From Halorussus marinus (GTDB lineage Archaea > Halobacteriota > Halobacteria > Halobacteriales > Haladaptataceae): 64,000 nt of DNA. Position 1 is the first letter of the stretch. Each line of letters starts with the position of its first letter. The translations under genes were made by a program, and so were the position numbers. Location of the stretch: the NCBI RefSeq assembly GCF_004765795.1, contig NZ_SBIV01000005.1:186001-250000 (forward strand). The letters are read 5' to 3'. The notes below the pieces were generated by a model that was not told the DNA's origin, did no database searches, and was given only the letters and a program-made list of their open reading frames with translations. Positions 28,514-37,439 of the stretch are shown here, one piece after another.

Positions 28514-29932
28514 ATGGCGTCTGACCAGACCGGGTTCTCGCGGGCGTGGTTGGTACGCGGCGTGGTGTTGGTTCTCATCGTGTCGCTGATCGCCCCCTCC
28601 GCGGTCTCCGCGTTCACCTACGAACCGACGAACCTCCAGAAAGGAACGATCGAATCGCCGGCCGACGGAACGACCGTCATCTCGATACAGGGATTCAAGT
28701 TCGCCGGGCAGTCGAACGGCAAGAAGCCCGCTCGCCTCGTCGGGGTGGGGCCGCAGGGCGACGTCGAGTGGATCCACAACGGGTCGAACAACGACGTGAC
28801 GTGGTTCTACGACGTCGACCCGCTCGACAACGGGAACCTGCTGGTCACCGGCACCAGAAAAGGCGGAACCACCATCTACGAGTACAACCCCGAGACCGAC
28901 GAGCGGGTCTGGGCCGAGCGCTTCGACGACGTTCACGACACCCACGACGCCGACCTCATCAACAACGGCACCGAGTTGCTGGTCGCGAACATGCGCAACT
29001 ACAACACGACCAGCGAGACCAACGAGGATCGGATCTTCATCTACGACCGCGAGCAAGGAGAGATTACGTGGGAGTGGCAGTTCGACGACCACACCGACTG
29101 GACCGAAGATCAGGGCGGGACGTACGCCGCCGAGGCCCCGAACAACGACTGGACCCACGTCAACGACGTCGACAAGATCGACGACGGCCAGTATCTGATC
29201 TCGCCGCGCAACATGGATCAGGTGATGGTGATCAACCGCTCCACCAAGGCGATCGACATGCGCCTCGGGAGCGACGACGACTACGACGTGATGCACGAAC
29301 AGCACAACCCCAAGTACCTCGAAAGCGAGAACGGGACGCCGACCATCACCGTCGCCGACAGCGAGAACGACCGGATCGTCGAGTACGCCAAGCGCGACGG
29401 CGAGTGGAAAGAGACCTGGAAGCTGGGGTCGAGTCAAGTGTTCAACTGGCCCCGCGACGCCGACCGGCTCCCGAACGGGAACACGCTGGTCGTCGACTCG
29501 AACAACCAACGCATCATCGAGGTCACGCCGACCGGCGAGGTCGTCTGGGAGTTCTACGCGCCGTGGGCCCCCTACGACGCCGAGCGCATGCATCTGGGCG
29601 ACGAGCCCGACGGCCCGACCATCGCCGATCAGGACGCCGAAGGCGAGTACACCGTCAACGGGAGCGCGGGACTGACCCCCGGCACCGGCGACCGGCTGAC
29701 CTTCTCACAGTGGATGAGCAGTTCGTTCGCCGGCACCGCCGTCAGCGGCCCGGTCGACGCGTTCGCGAACCGCTGGTCGAAGATCGCGCCGTGGATCCGG
29801 CCGGTCTGGATGGGACCGTGGGACTTCGTGGGCGTGGTCGGCGCGGCCCTCCTGCTGGTCGGCTGGGGGCTGGCCGAACTGCTCTACAACCGTAATCGCA
29901 TCACGAACGGCGTTCGCGAGCGGCTCGCGTAG
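28514..29932 (+). CDS. Arylsulfotransferase (ASST)-like beta-propeller protein
   Basis: Signal peptide; THDAD, DWTHVNDV, HEQHNP, WPRDADRLPNGNTL; C-terminal TM. Confidence 0.8.
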   Translation: MASDQTGFSRAWLVRGVVLVLIVSLIAPSAVSAFTYEPTNLQKGTIESPADGTTVISIQGFKFAGQSNGKKPARLVGVGPQGDVEWIHNGSNNDVTWFYDVDPLDNGNLLVTGTRKGGTTIYEYNPETDERVWAERFDDVHDTHDADLINNGTELLVANMRNYNTTSETNEDRIFIYDREQGEITWEWQFDDHTDWTEDQGGTYAAEAPNNDWTHVNDVDKIDDGQYLISPRNMDQVMVINRSTKAIDMRLGSDDDYDVMHEQHNPKYLESENGTPTITVADSENDRIVEYAKRDGEWKETWKLGSSQVFNWPRDADRLPNGNTLVVDSNNQRIIEVTPTGEVVWEFYAPWAPYDAERMHLGDEPDGPTIADQDAEGEYTVNGSAGLTPGTGDRLTFSQWMSSSFAGTAVSGPVDAFANRWSKIAPWIRPVWMGPWDFVGVVGAALLLVGWGLAELLYNRNRITNGVRERLA

Positions 29933-29950
29933 CCGCCCGCCGGCGGGTCG

Positions 29951-30163
29951 TTACTCCCCCGTATTTCGCTGTCGAAGCCACGAGTCGAGACAGCCGTCGC
30001 TACAGAAGTGGTACGTCGTCGCCGTCACGTCGCCGAACTCGTTCACCGCGTCCTCGCGGAACATCGGGTGGGCCTCGAACAGATCGGTGAGTTCGCCGCA
30101 CCCCACGCAGGCGGCGTACTGCGAATCGGCCTCCCCGTCGAAGGCGCCGTACAGTTCTGGCAT
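29951..30163 (-). CDS. Small Zn-binding protein (CxxC...FCSxxC)
   Basis: MPELYG...CVGCG...YHFCSDGC, 70 aa. Confidence 0.7.
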   Translation of the reverse strand: MPELYGAFDGEADSQYAACVGCGELTDLFEAHPMFREDAVNEFGDVTATTYHFCSDGCLDSWLRQRNTGE

Positions 30164-30219
30164 GCGACCGCTACGCCGGCCCCGGCCGTAGCTCTGTCGC
30201 CCGGGTCGGTCGCCGGCGG

Positions 30220-31551
30220 TCAGTCGGTCGCGGGCTCGGCCGGCTCCTCGGACGCCGGCTCGGACTGGCGCCGGTCGAGAAACTCCATCACGGGGTAAGC
30301 CGCGATGCCGTGGACGAACACCGACGTGAGCACGACGAACCCCAGAATCGCCCAGAGCTTCTCCTGGGCGATGAGGAGCTGAATCTCGCCGAACGACGCC
30401 TCGTTCAGCGCGTACGCGAGGTAGTAGAACGACCCGATCCCCCGGATGCCGAACGACGAGATGACCAGCCGTTCGCTCCACGGGACCGACGCGCCGAGCA
30501 GGCCCACGAGCCCCGCGAGCGGCCGGACCACGAACAGGATCGCCAGCCCGACCCCGGCGTCGGTGAGCGTCAGGGGGTCGAGCAGTCCGCCGACGATCGC
30601 CCCGCCGAACAGCACCAACACCACCGCCATCAGCAGTCGCTCGATCATCACGCCGAAGTCGTGGAGATCGACGTAGTAGTCGTGTTCCCACTCGTAGTGG
30701 CGCAGTTCGAGGGCCGCGACGAACACCGCGATGAAGCCGTATCCGCCGAGGATCTCGGTGACGCCGTAGGTCACCAGCGTCGCGGTGAGCGCCTCGGCGC
30801 CGGCCATCACGTCCGCGAGGTCGGTGGTCGTGGTGAGTTCGAGGTCCGTCTGGGTCCCGAAGACGACCCGGGCCAGTAGCTGTCCCAGCACGTAGCCCAT
30901 CACGACGCCGACGAGGATCTCGTAGGCGACCGCCAGCACCGCCCAGTCGACCAGCCACCCCAGCGACGCGGTGCCCGATGCGCCCGCCATCGCGATGGCG
31001 AGGTAGGTGAACGGGAACGCGAGCCCGTCGTTGAGCCCCGCCTCCGAGGAGAGCGCGAACCGGACCTCGTCTTCTTGGTTCCCCGGATCGATCTCGTCGT
31101 CGGTCTCCTCGGTCGGCTCGGTCGCGCCCACGTCGGAGGCCAGCACGGGGTCGGTGGGTGCGACGATCGCCCCGAGCAGGACCGCGGTCGCGGGGAGAGT
31201 TCCGACGACCCACAGCCCGAGCGCGGCCGTGACGAAGATCGTCAGCGGCATCACGATCAGGAGGAGCCGCCAGGTCAGCCCCCACGACCGGAAGCTGAAC
31301 GGCCGATCGAGCTTCAGCCCGGCCCCCATGAGCGCGACGATGACCACGAGTTCGGTGAGCCGCTCGGTCACCGCCGGGTTCGCGACCGGGTCGGGCGCCG
31401 GGACCCCGATCGGGAGCGCGAACAGCACCATCCCGGCGATCACGTAGAGGATCGGGAACGACAGCGGCTTGTCGGAGACGAGCCGCGGCAACACGACGGC
31501 GCCGAGGACCGCGAGCCCTACGAGTATCTGGACGATTGCGTAGGTGGCCAT
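30220..31551 (-). CDS. CPA1/NhaP cation:proton antiporter
   Basis: APTDPVLA, SEAGLNDG, FGIRGIGSFYY. Confidence 0.9.
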   Translation of the reverse strand: MATYAIVQILVGLAVLGAVVLPRLVSDKPLSFPILYVIAGMVLFALPIGVPAPDPVANPAVTERLTELVVIVALMGAGLKLDRPFSFRSWGLTWRLLLIVMPLTIFVTAALGLWVVGTLPATAVLLGAIVAPTDPVLASDVGATEPTEETDDEIDPGNQEDEVRFALSSEAGLNDGLAFPFTYLAIAMAGASGTASLGWLVDWAVLAVAYEILVGVVMGYVLGQLLARVVFGTQTDLELTTTTDLADVMAGAEALTATLVTYGVTEILGGYGFIAVFVAALELRHYEWEHDYYVDLHDFGVMIERLLMAVVLVLFGGAIVGGLLDPLTLTDAGVGLAILFVVRPLAGLVGLLGASVPWSERLVISSFGIRGIGSFYYLAYALNEASFGEIQLLIAQEKLWAILGFVVLTSVFVHGIAAYPVMEFLDRRQSEPASEEPAEPATD

Positions 31552-31606
31552 TTTTCTCTCAGTGTATTACAGATCCGGGTAAAGCTCCGTCGGCCGTTCG
31601 AGCCCC

Positions 31607-31789
31607 GAGCAGGAGGCCCACCGCGGCGAGCACTTTGGCACCCGGATCGCCAACCCCGACTTCCGGACGTTCGCCGAGAGCTTCGGCGTCGAGGTCTACC
31701 GCCCCGACGACTGGCCGGGGCTGACCGCGGCCCTCGGAGCCGGGGTCGAGGGCGACGAGACGACCCTGATCGAGGTGCCCCTCAAGTGA
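31607..31789 (+). pseudogene. C-terminal remnant of a ThDP enzyme (acetolactate synthase-like)
   Basis: EQEAHRGEHFGTRIANPDFRTFAESFG...TLIEVPLK*; no start codon or upstream domains. Confidence 0.75.
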
Positions 31790-31790
31790 G

Positions 31791-33089
31791 TCAGCGGTCG
31801 GCGTCCAGCGCGGCCGCCCGCGACTCGGCGGTCGCGGCGATCGACGCCGGCGCCGTGAACGCGATCCGGACCTCGTCGCCGCGGTAGTCGACGTCGTCGA
31901 CCGACGCCCGCTCGTAGAGCCACGACACGAGTCGCATCGCGTCGTCGCCGCTCGGCGCCGCGATCTCGACCGATCGGCGCTCGGAGAGCGCTTCGGAGAT
32001 CCGGGCCCCGAGCGCGTCGAGGTTCTGGCCCTCGATTGCGCTCACCGCGACCGGGTCGGCCGGGAGCGGAGCGTCGGACGCGGCCGCCACCTCGGCGACC
32101 GCCTCGCGGCGCGCGGCCAGCTCGTCGGGATCGAGCAGGTCGGCCTTGTTCAGCACCGCGACGAGTTCGCCGTCGGCGTCGGCGAGGCGGTCGCAGGTCG
32201 TCGCTAATTTCGTGCGGAGCCGGGCGGGCGGGTCGCCGGCGTCGGCGACGACCGCGACGCACTCGGCGCTCGCGGTCACCGACAGCGTCCCGTGAAACGA
32301 CTCGACCAGCTCGTGGCTCAGTCCCTCGACGAACCCCACGGTGTCGGTCACCAGCGTCGGGCGGCCGTCGATCGTCGCCCGCCGGGTCGTGGTGTCGAGC
32401 GTCTCGAACAGCCGGTCTTCGATCTCGGCCGTGGCGTCGAGGTCGGCGTGGTCGGGGTCGCGGGCCGAAAAATCGAGGTCGTCGGCGAGCCGGTGGAACA
32501 GCGTCGACTTGCCGGCGTTGGTGTAGCCCGCCAGCGCGACGTACTCGAACCCCGCCTCGCGGCGCCGGTCGCGGCGCGCGGCCGCCTCGTCTCCGAGCGC
32601 CTCGATCTTCCGGGTCAGTTCGTCGAGTCGGTCGAGCACGTCGTAGTACCGGGTGCCCGACTCGGTGCGTCGGTTCATCGCCTGTTCGTCGCTTCGCTCG
32701 CGGATGCGCGGGAGCCGCCACGCCAGTTTGGCGCGCTCGACCTGCAGGGTCGAACGCCTGTCGCCGGCCCGCGCCTCGAAGATGTCGAGCACGAGCCGAT
32801 GGCGGTCGAGCACCCGCGTGCCCTCGGGGCACAGCGCGGCGAGTTCGACCGTCTGGGTCGGCGTGAGTTCGTTGTCGAAGACGACGGTGTCGGCGCCCGT
32901 CGCCGCGACCGTCTCGGCCAACCGCTCGGCCTTGCCGCGCCCGAACTCGTAGGTCGAGTCCGACCCGCGGCGCTGGGTCAGTTCGGCGACGACCGCGTAG
33001 CCCGCCGTCCGGGCGAGCCCGCGGATCTCGTCGGTGTCGATGGTGCCGGCGTCTGCGCGCTTCGCGACGACTGCGTCTCGTGATTGCAT
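31791..33089 (-). CDS. hflX: GTPase HflX (divergent paralogue)
   Basis: FGRGKAE, DRHRLVLDIF, AGYTNAGKST, LFETLDTT, DTVGF, NKAD. Confidence 0.92.
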   Translation of the reverse strand: MQSRDAVVAKRADAGTIDTDEIRGLARTAGYAVVAELTQRRGSDSTYEFGRGKAERLAETVAATGADTVVFDNELTPTQTVELAALCPEGTRVLDRHRLVLDIFEARAGDRRSTLQVERAKLAWRLPRIRERSDEQAMNRRTESGTRYYDVLDRLDELTRKIEALGDEAAARRDRRREAGFEYVALAGYTNAGKSTLFHRLADDLDFSARDPDHADLDATAEIEDRLFETLDTTTRRATIDGRPTLVTDTVGFVEGLSHELVESFHGTLSVTASAECVAVVADAGDPPARLRTKLATTCDRLADADGELVAVLNKADLLDPDELAARREAVAEVAAASDAPLPADPVAVSAIEGQNLDALGARISEALSERRSVEIAAPSGDDAMRLVSWLYERASVDDVDYRGDEVRIAFTAPASIAATAESRAAALDADR

Positions 33090-33262
33090 GGATGTGTGGT
33101 GTGCGGTGGCGTTCGCTCGTCGCTACCCCGACAGTTCGCTACGACCGACTGGACCTGCGGACTCAGACCGGGGTCCGCGAGGGGAGGCGACGGCGCCACG
33201 CGAGCGACTCGACGGAAGTCACGGACGCGGCGCTCGGGCCTCGGAGCCACGGATGCACCCGG

Positions 33263-33289
33263 TCACTGCGAGAGGAGAACGGTCTTCAT
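33263..33289 (-). CDS. Putative leader peptide MKTVLLSQ upstream of hflX
   Basis: ATG AAG ACC GTT CTC CTC TCG CAG TGA, about 30 nt after a TATA-like element (aacgcttatccc). Confidence 0.55.
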   Translation of the reverse strand: MKTVLLSQ

Positions 33290-33529
33290 ACGACCTGTCA
33301 CAGTGTTGTCGGGTGACCGGGATAAGCGTTGGGGCGACTGCCGGCCGATCGGGAACTGCGGCGGCGTCGGGACCGCGCTCGGTGGCCGACGTTTCTCCGC
33401 GGACTCGGGTGATAGGCACTCTTTGTCGGGTCGCAAGCCGTCACTACCGTCAAAAGATACTTAGCCGATTTCGCCGAACGTTCCCACGAGATTCCGCGCG
33501 GGGGGTCGCGCGGGGGAGTGGGGAATTTC

Positions 33530-35710
33530 ATGACACGAACACGAACGAGTGTACTGTTGACGGTGCTTCTCGTCGGTGCGTCGCTGACGGCGGGAGTAAC
33601 GAGTGCCGGAATCGGGTATCAGGCGCAGGACGACGACGCCGACGAGGTGGCCGTCGAATCCGACGAAGTGTTCTGGCAGGGCCAGTTCCTGGAGCTGAGC
33701 GCCGGGGAGGCGAACGCCAGCGAAGTGTGGTCCGTGCGGAACGTCGACGACGGCGAGGTCGGCGGACTCGTCACGCAGGTCTTGCTCGACGACTCGGGCT
33801 CGGCGACGTTCGGCACCAGCGGGCTCGACGGCCAGTACGTGGTCGTCGACGAGCAGGGCGAGCCCGTCGCCTTCAAGAACGGCACCGCCGTCGGACGGAC
33901 GGACGTGAGCGGCGCCGACTGGGAGGTCGCGGTCCAGACGCTCAACGCCACCTTCGACGAGACGACGGTCCGCAACGACGACAGCGACGACGCCAGAGCC
34001 GACCTGCAGATCGAGTCCAACCGGGCGGAGTACCCGCTCCGGTTTTTCTCCGAGGACATGAGCGCCGAGGAGCTCGCTGACGTGTTCGCCAACGTCGAAG
34101 TGCGGGACGGACAGGCGGTCGCCACCCGGACGGTCGGCGACGACACCGCCTTCGACGCGAACTTCAGCGGCGTCGAGGCCGGCACGTACAACGTGACGGT
34201 GGCGGCGGCCGACGCCTCGGCGCGCGACACCGCCGGCATCGTCGTCTCCGAGCCGGTCGAGGGCTCGGCGTCGCTCGCGAACGCGACCGTCGTCGAACAG
34301 CGCGGCGACGTGGCCCGGTTCAACGTCACGCTCGACGGTACCGACGAGGCGACCGTCACGGTCGGCTCGCGCGACCTCGGTTACCTCGCTCGGTTCGGCG
34401 TCGTCGACGAGGACGACGACGGGGAGGTCGCGGTCGACCTCAACACCTATCTCGCGGGCCAGCAGAACCAGTCTGGCGTCTCGGCGGTCGGCGAAGACAA
34501 CGTGACCGGCTACGAGCTTCAGACCGATCCGATCCCCGGCCGGCTCGACGCCGCGACGTATCCGATCCGGACGTACGTCGGCGGCCAGCAGACCGGTGTC
34601 GGGACGATGATCCTCGAAACCGCGTCGGTCGACGGCGTGCGGGTGTGGACCGCTCCGGACGTGGGCGAGATCGAGAGCGCCTCACAGCTGACCGACGTCG
34701 TGGCCGAAGACGACGACATCGCCTATCAGGACTTTGCGATCGTGGAGCTCCGGGCCTCCGGGATCGGGGGGTACGTCGAGAACGTCTCGGACCTCAACAA
34801 CGAGGAGACGGGGCTCTCGATGGCGCTCACGCGCGGCGTCGAGATGAACGTCCCCGAGACCGAGGTGTCGCTCGATCGGGCGACCCTGATCCGGGACGAG
34901 GACACCGATCAGCTGTTCCTGGTGTTCGACACGACCCGGCTCGAAGAGGGCGCCAGCTACACGGCGAACTTCACGGTGACCGAGCGGAACCCGTACGTCT
35001 CCGCGGAGAACGCGAGTTCGTACACCGCCAACTTCAGCGTCGTCGAGCGGACCGCCTCGTTCGACGAGCCCGTCCGAGTGTCGGCGTCGAGCGACGCCGC
35101 CGTCACCGGTAGTAGCACGGTCGCACCGGGCACCGAGCTGACCGTCGCGGTCGAGAGCGTCGGCGCCGAGCCCTTCTTCGACCGCCAGACCGTCGAGGTC
35201 GGCCCGGACGGCGCGTGGGAGGCCGCCTTCGATCTCTCGGGGGTCGCGAACGCCACCGAGTTCACCGCGACGATCGACGAGCCGGCCGCAAACGCGACCG
35301 GTGTCGTCGTGACCGACGCTGACGCCGACGCCGAGGAGACGACCACCGAGGCCGAAGACGAAGACGCGACGGAGACGACCGCGGCCGACGGTGAGGAAGA
35401 CGAGACGACCGAAGCAGAGGAAACGACCGAAGCAGAGGAAACGACCGAAGCAGAGGAAACGACCGAAGCAGAGGAAGCGGAAGACGAGACGACTGAAGCC
35501 GACGCCGAAGCTGAGGCGACGACCGAACCGGAAGACGAGACGACCGAAGCCGATGACGAAGCAGAAGAAACGACCGAAGCCGACGCCGCCGAGGAGACGA
35601 CCACCGAGGAGGAGGTCGCCAGCGCGTCGACGCCCGGGTTCGGTCCCGTGGCCCTCGTGATCGCGGGCGCGCTCGCGCTCGTCGTCGCGGCGCTCGTCGG
35701 CCGGCGCTGA
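33530..35710 (+). CDS. PGF-CTERM cell-surface glycoprotein-like protein
   Basis: Signal peptide, many NxT/S sequons, Thr/Glu-rich stalk, TPGFG + TM + RR (archaeosortase A signal). Confidence 0.88.
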   Translation: MTRTRTSVLLTVLLVGASLTAGVTSAGIGYQAQDDDADEVAVESDEVFWQGQFLELSAGEANASEVWSVRNVDDGEVGGLVTQVLLDDSGSATFGTSGLDGQYVVVDEQGEPVAFKNGTAVGRTDVSGADWEVAVQTLNATFDETTVRNDDSDDARADLQIESNRAEYPLRFFSEDMSAEELADVFANVEVRDGQAVATRTVGDDTAFDANFSGVEAGTYNVTVAAADASARDTAGIVVSEPVEGSASLANATVVEQRGDVARFNVTLDGTDEATVTVGSRDLGYLARFGVVDEDDDGEVAVDLNTYLAGQQNQSGVSAVGEDNVTGYELQTDPIPGRLDAATYPIRTYVGGQQTGVGTMILETASVDGVRVWTAPDVGEIESASQLTDVVAEDDDIAYQDFAIVELRASGIGGYVENVSDLNNEETGLSMALTRGVEMNVPETEVSLDRATLIRDEDTDQLFLVFDTTRLEEGASYTANFTVTERNPYVSAENASSYTANFSVVERTASFDEPVRVSASSDAAVTGSSTVAPGTELTVAVESVGAEPFFDRQTVEVGPDGAWEAAFDLSGVANATEFTATIDEPAANATGVVVTDADADAEETTTEAEDEDATETTAADGEEDETTEAEETTEAEETTEAEETTEAEEAEDETTEADAEAEATTEPEDETTEADDEAEETTEADAAEETTTEEEVASASTPGFGPVALVIAGALALVVAALVGRR
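35405..35476 (+). repeat. 4 perfect 18-bp tandem repeats (TTEAEE)
   Basis: acgaccgaagcagaggaa x4. Confidence 0.95.
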
Positions 35711-35799
35711 CCGCCGCGTCTCCGAGCGCCCGATTCACGCCGGGGTCGGCTCGGTTGGCTCACCGAACGGTCTTGTAGGTCCGGGCCGAACCCCAATCC

Positions 35800-36318
35800 A
35801 TGGGGAAGAGTACCACGAACGCGACGGTGTTCGAATGCCGCGAGTGCGGGTCGGTGTCGCTGGGCGACTCGGAGACGACCTGCTGTGGCGCCGAGATGGT
35901 CTCGGCCGACGCGACGCCGGTCGAGCACCCGGAGCTCGCGGTCGTGCTCCGGGAGGTGTTCGGCGTCTCGCGGACCGGCCTCACGATCTGTGTCTGCCTG
36001 ATGGAGGCGGGCGACTCGACCGCCGCCGAACTGGCCGATCGGCTCGATCTCGATCGCAGTACCGTCGCGAGACAGCTCAACCACCTAGTCGAGATCGGCC
36101 TGTTGGACAAGCGCCAGCGACTGCTGACCGGCGGCGGCTACGTCCACGTCTACTCGCCGGTCGAGGTCGAGGAGGTGCGAGAACGCCTCACCGTCGGTCT
36201 CTACGCGTGGGTCGCGGAGGCGCTCGATCTGGTCGAGGAGATCGACCGCCGAAAGGTGAAGGCGCTTGCCCGGTCGGACGGCGGCGAGGAGGCCGCCGGC
36301 ATCTACTGGGACGGGTAG
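35800..36318 (+). CDS. TrmB-like HTH regulator with N-terminal Cys cluster
   Basis: CRECG...CCG; LDRSTVARQLNHL; GGYVHVY. Confidence 0.8.
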   Translation: MGKSTTNATVFECRECGSVSLGDSETTCCGAEMVSADATPVEHPELAVVLREVFGVSRTGLTICVCLMEAGDSTAAELADRLDLDRSTVARQLNHLVEIGLLDKRQRLLTGGGYVHVYSPVEVEEVRERLTVGLYAWVAEALDLVEEIDRRKVKALARSDGGEEAAGIYWDG

Positions 36319-36398
36319 CGCTTTCGCCGCCGGCGCGCCCGCGACCGACCGAACGTGTTCGGGCGTGTGCTTTCGGGGACGGCGCTCGTAGGGGACGT

Positions 36399-36707
36399 AT
36401 GGGAACGACCGAGCACGACCACGACGGCGTCGAACCGATAACCCAGACGGTCCACGACAACTCGTGGTCGGCCAACTTGGAGCATCCCCGCCACGCCGAG
36501 AGCCGGGGCCTGCTCGTCGAGCAGGCGCTGTCGGCGATCGAGCACACCGCGCCGGGCCACCACGTCAACCTCGTGACCCACGGCGACCACGGCCACCCCG
36601 AGACGTACCTCTACGAGGCCCTCGACGCGGCCGAGGCCGATCTCGACTGGGAGTACGTCGAGCAGTGTGGCTGTGGCGGCCACGTCACGCGGGTCCACGT
36701 CGAGTAA
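36399..36707 (+). CDS. CGCGG-family small protein (putative rSAM-modified peptide family)
   Basis: HDNSWSANLE...HVNLVTHG..GHP...YVEQCGCGGHVTRV. Confidence 0.8.
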   Translation: MGTTEHDHDGVEPITQTVHDNSWSANLEHPRHAESRGLLVEQALSAIEHTAPGHHVNLVTHGDHGHPETYLYEALDAAEADLDWEYVEQCGCGGHVTRVHVE

Positions 36708-36709
36708 CG

Positions 36710-36853
36710 CTACTGGCGGACGTACAGGATCGCGATCCCGGCCACGAGGAAGAGGAGCCCCCAGTACAGCGAGTCGTACGGGAGCACCTTGAGCAGGAGG
36801 GTGACGATGCCCGAGGAGAGCAACGACCAGCCGACCGTCGTCTGATATGCCAT
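36710..36853 (-). CDS. Small 2-TM membrane protein (47 aa, absent from ORF track)
   Basis: MAYQTTVGWSLLSSGIVTLLLKVLPYDSLYWGLLFLVAGIAILYVRQ. Confidence 0.65.
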   Translation of the reverse strand: MAYQTTVGWSLLSSGIVTLLLKVLPYDSLYWGLLFLVAGIAILYVRQ

Positions 36854-36913
36854 ACGAGGTAATCGGCCCGGAACACATTAGGCTTCACGGGCGCGCGAAC
36901 GGATCTGACCGCC

Positions 36914-37207
36914 CTAGGCGGAGACCGACGAGGCGGTTTCGAGGTGGTCGTCTTCCCACTCGCGGCGGGCCTCGATCTCGCGGTGGCCGCGTTCGGTCAG
37001 CGCATAGTAGTTGGTGCGGCGGTCGCGCTGGCCCTTCTCGACCAGTCCCTTGTCGACTAACGTGTCGAGGTTGGGGTAGAGCCGGCCGTGGTGAATTTCT
37101 TTCTCGTAGTAGGTCTCGAGTTCCTCTTTGATCGCGAGCCCGTGCGGTTCGTCTTTGCCGACGACGGCGAACAACAGGTCGCGCTGGAAGCCCGTCAGGT
37201 CGTACAT
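36914..37207 (-). CDS. PadR family regulator (paralogue of 3732-4034)
   Basis: MYDLTGFQRDLL...HHGRLYPNLD. Confidence 0.9.
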   Translation of the reverse strand: MYDLTGFQRDLLFAVVGKDEPHGLAIKEELETYYEKEIHHGRLYPNLDTLVDKGLVEKGQRDRRTNYYALTERGHREIEARREWEDDHLETASSVSA

Positions 37208-37439
37208 GATGTCTCAATTCGTATTAGTAATCGTATAATTATAAACCTGACGGCCGTTAAAATCTGTTGTTCGAGTCGGCTCGACGAAGGGGAGCGACGC
37301 CGACCGCGGCGCGCGCCCGACGGCCGCGACCGGGAGCGGGCCGAGCGTTCAGGCACCGTATAACAATACCCCGCTGTGGTGTCGTCGCTGGTAGGAACTG
37401 CCGGAGCCGGAACGTCCGGCGACCACTCACGAGTCCACC

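Noticed and set aside
35405..35476. Direct repeats as a possible CRISPR array
   Set aside because: No spacers; in-frame coding tandem repeat; no cas genes.
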